Assembly (NCBI GenBank): GCA_046563655.1
Contig: CM102284.1
Location: 8,494,001-8,558,000 of the forward strand
Origin: Yuukianura sp. NJ FZ-2021
Lineage: Eukaryota
Direction: 5' to 3'
Length of the DNA stretch: 64,000 bases
The position numbers and the translations under genes are program-made. The notes beneath the pieces are model-generated. The model saw only the letters and a program-made list of their open reading frames with translations. It had not been told where the DNA came from and ran no database searches. Positions 62,280-64,000 of this stretch are shown in pieces; within the stretch, counting starts at the first letter, position 1; the number at the start of each line of letters is the position of its first letter.

Positions 62280-63913
62280 TCAGCAGAAAGGTTGGAGTAT
62301 GGATATCTGTTTGGGTTTGTCCAAAAGTTTTGATCGACGAGGTTGATACGCCTCTGATACATTTGGAAAGCGTATATCCCATGGTACAGATTTCGCACGA
62401 TTGCAGTTGATCAAATCCAATTTTTGAACAGTATCAAAAATACTTCCATCAAATAGTGGCTGGATACCATCTTCAATTTCATCATAATAGTCACGAAATT
62501 CGTCACCATAGTGGTATTTTACAGAAAAACTTCTGAGATTTGGAAATTGTGCTGCCGATAAAGGAGTCGAGAGGAAGGGTTGACTCATATTATCCCAGTT
62601 CGGTTCGGCAAATTCCAGTTCCAGTACTTGTAGATTTGGGAGCATTGGGATTGTAATAGTGCACCATTCTACGAGGAGCTTCAATTTGTGAAGTGTTGCG
62701 GCAGTACATTTTAGTAAAGCGAGAGCCAGGTCCGGAATGACTCGAGCCTCCTCAACAGTACGTGGTATCCTGTTATCATTAAGTAGGTAGAAATCCACGC
62801 AGCAGAGGTACAAAGTATGCAGCAGAGTTGGCAATGGGCTTGCGATTAACTTTTGAACTAGAAGAATATGCCATTCAATATGCAATTCAAGCTCGACAGC
62901 ATCAAAATTTTGAAGCAGTCGCACGTATTCTGTTGCTTGAATATCTGAAGTTGCTTTCACACCGAAACTGCATTCGACAACTTGAAGTGCCGGTGCATTG
63001 GAAAACCATGATGAAAACTGATCGAATTTGATTTGCTCAATTTGATCGCGATACGACCATTCCGCTTTTTTTGAGCAGGGGCTGACTTCAATGTACTTCA
63101 GTTTAGGAAGATAGAATGATGAGTTCAAAGCAACCGCCGTGGAGCATCTGTCGTTGTATCCGTAAACGGAAAGTTTTTCCAAGTTTGGTGCCTGGGCCAG
63201 TATAACTTCGAAGACCTCATCTGTATCCCCAGCAAATTTGGGCTCCAAGTGTATCACGTAGTGTTTGACAAATGGCCCCACGGTATCGGCCAGTTTCTTC
63301 AATGAGGCAAGAGTTGGAAAAATTTGACATGTTTCATTGCTGATTGGAGATTTGGATGTGCACAAGTACAATTGGAATTTGGAAAATGGGAATTTTGTGT
63401 CTTGCAGTCTGCCCTCCATCGTTTCCAGAAACTGTTGTATTTGTTTGTCGATTTCTTCCCCTCCGCTGCGGGTAGTGCGTTCAGCACAAAATTCGACCGG
63501 TAGGCCTTTCTGGAATATATGGTGAGTGGTTATTTCGTTCCAAGCTCTGCTAACTGTTCGCCATGTTAAAAGATCCTTGGGGTCATCCACATAACCAAGA
63601 ATCTTGAACAGCACCTAATATTAATCGAAACGTTTGTAAGGTTTTTGTTCAAAGTGCTTCAATTCATTTTATAGTCAAACGAAAGAACATTCCCTAACAT
63701 TAAACTTAAAAAGTAAGCCAAATAGTAAACTAAACTTTACAACACAACTGCATGACTCACCTCATTTGGAAGACGTGGATTACTGCCGTCAGACGTCTGT
63801 GATGGCAAATTCATTGCCAAAATATGGTTGGATTCTACCAAACGGGGCCCAGATGAAACATGGTAGAAACCTTGAGAGTTTAGATTCCCGCTTGGATCAA
63901 CATCCTCCATCAT
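62280..63913 (-). CDS. F-box protein with degenerate LRR-like C-terminal region. Exons 63913(or 63940)-63761 and 63614-62280; may extend beyond the window.
   Basis: The splice junction gives LPNE|VLFKILGYVDDPKDLLTWRTVSRAWN (F-box). LRR-like segments APNLEKLSV, LPKLKYI, LPNLQVLEL, FPNLRSFSV. Confidence 0.82.
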
Positions 63914-64000
63914 AAACGCGGACGGCTCTATCGGAGAAATCTAAAATGTTTTAAATTAAAAAAAATCAGCATTAGTTTTTGAAATTTATCGCTTTAAGTC

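Overview
Eukaryotic, AT-rich animal genomic DNA with short (about 60-90 nt) introns. It is probably an arthropod, and the F-box/LRR gene style and compactness suggest a springtail-like hexapod (inference). The first ~17.4 kb has no supportable coding gene. It holds a Tc1/mariner-type foldback MITE, small inverted and tandem repeats, and clustered recurring motifs, and it lies upstream of a SoxB1 (SoxNeuro-like) gene that unusually carries introns, one inside the HMG box. SoxN is tail-to-tail with MPDU1, the same arrangement I recall for human SOX15-MPDU1. The second half is gene dense: a tetraspanin with a ~730-aa His-rich tail, cyclin C, an atypical LDLR-family receptor with a GC-AG intron, an RRP1/Nop52 5' fragment, a very divergent 17-exon TMC channel, NDUFS2, AGFG1/drongo and an F-box protein. 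Exon structures were assembled by hand from splice signals and reading frame, and the summed CDS lengths are divisible by 3. No database searches were run.
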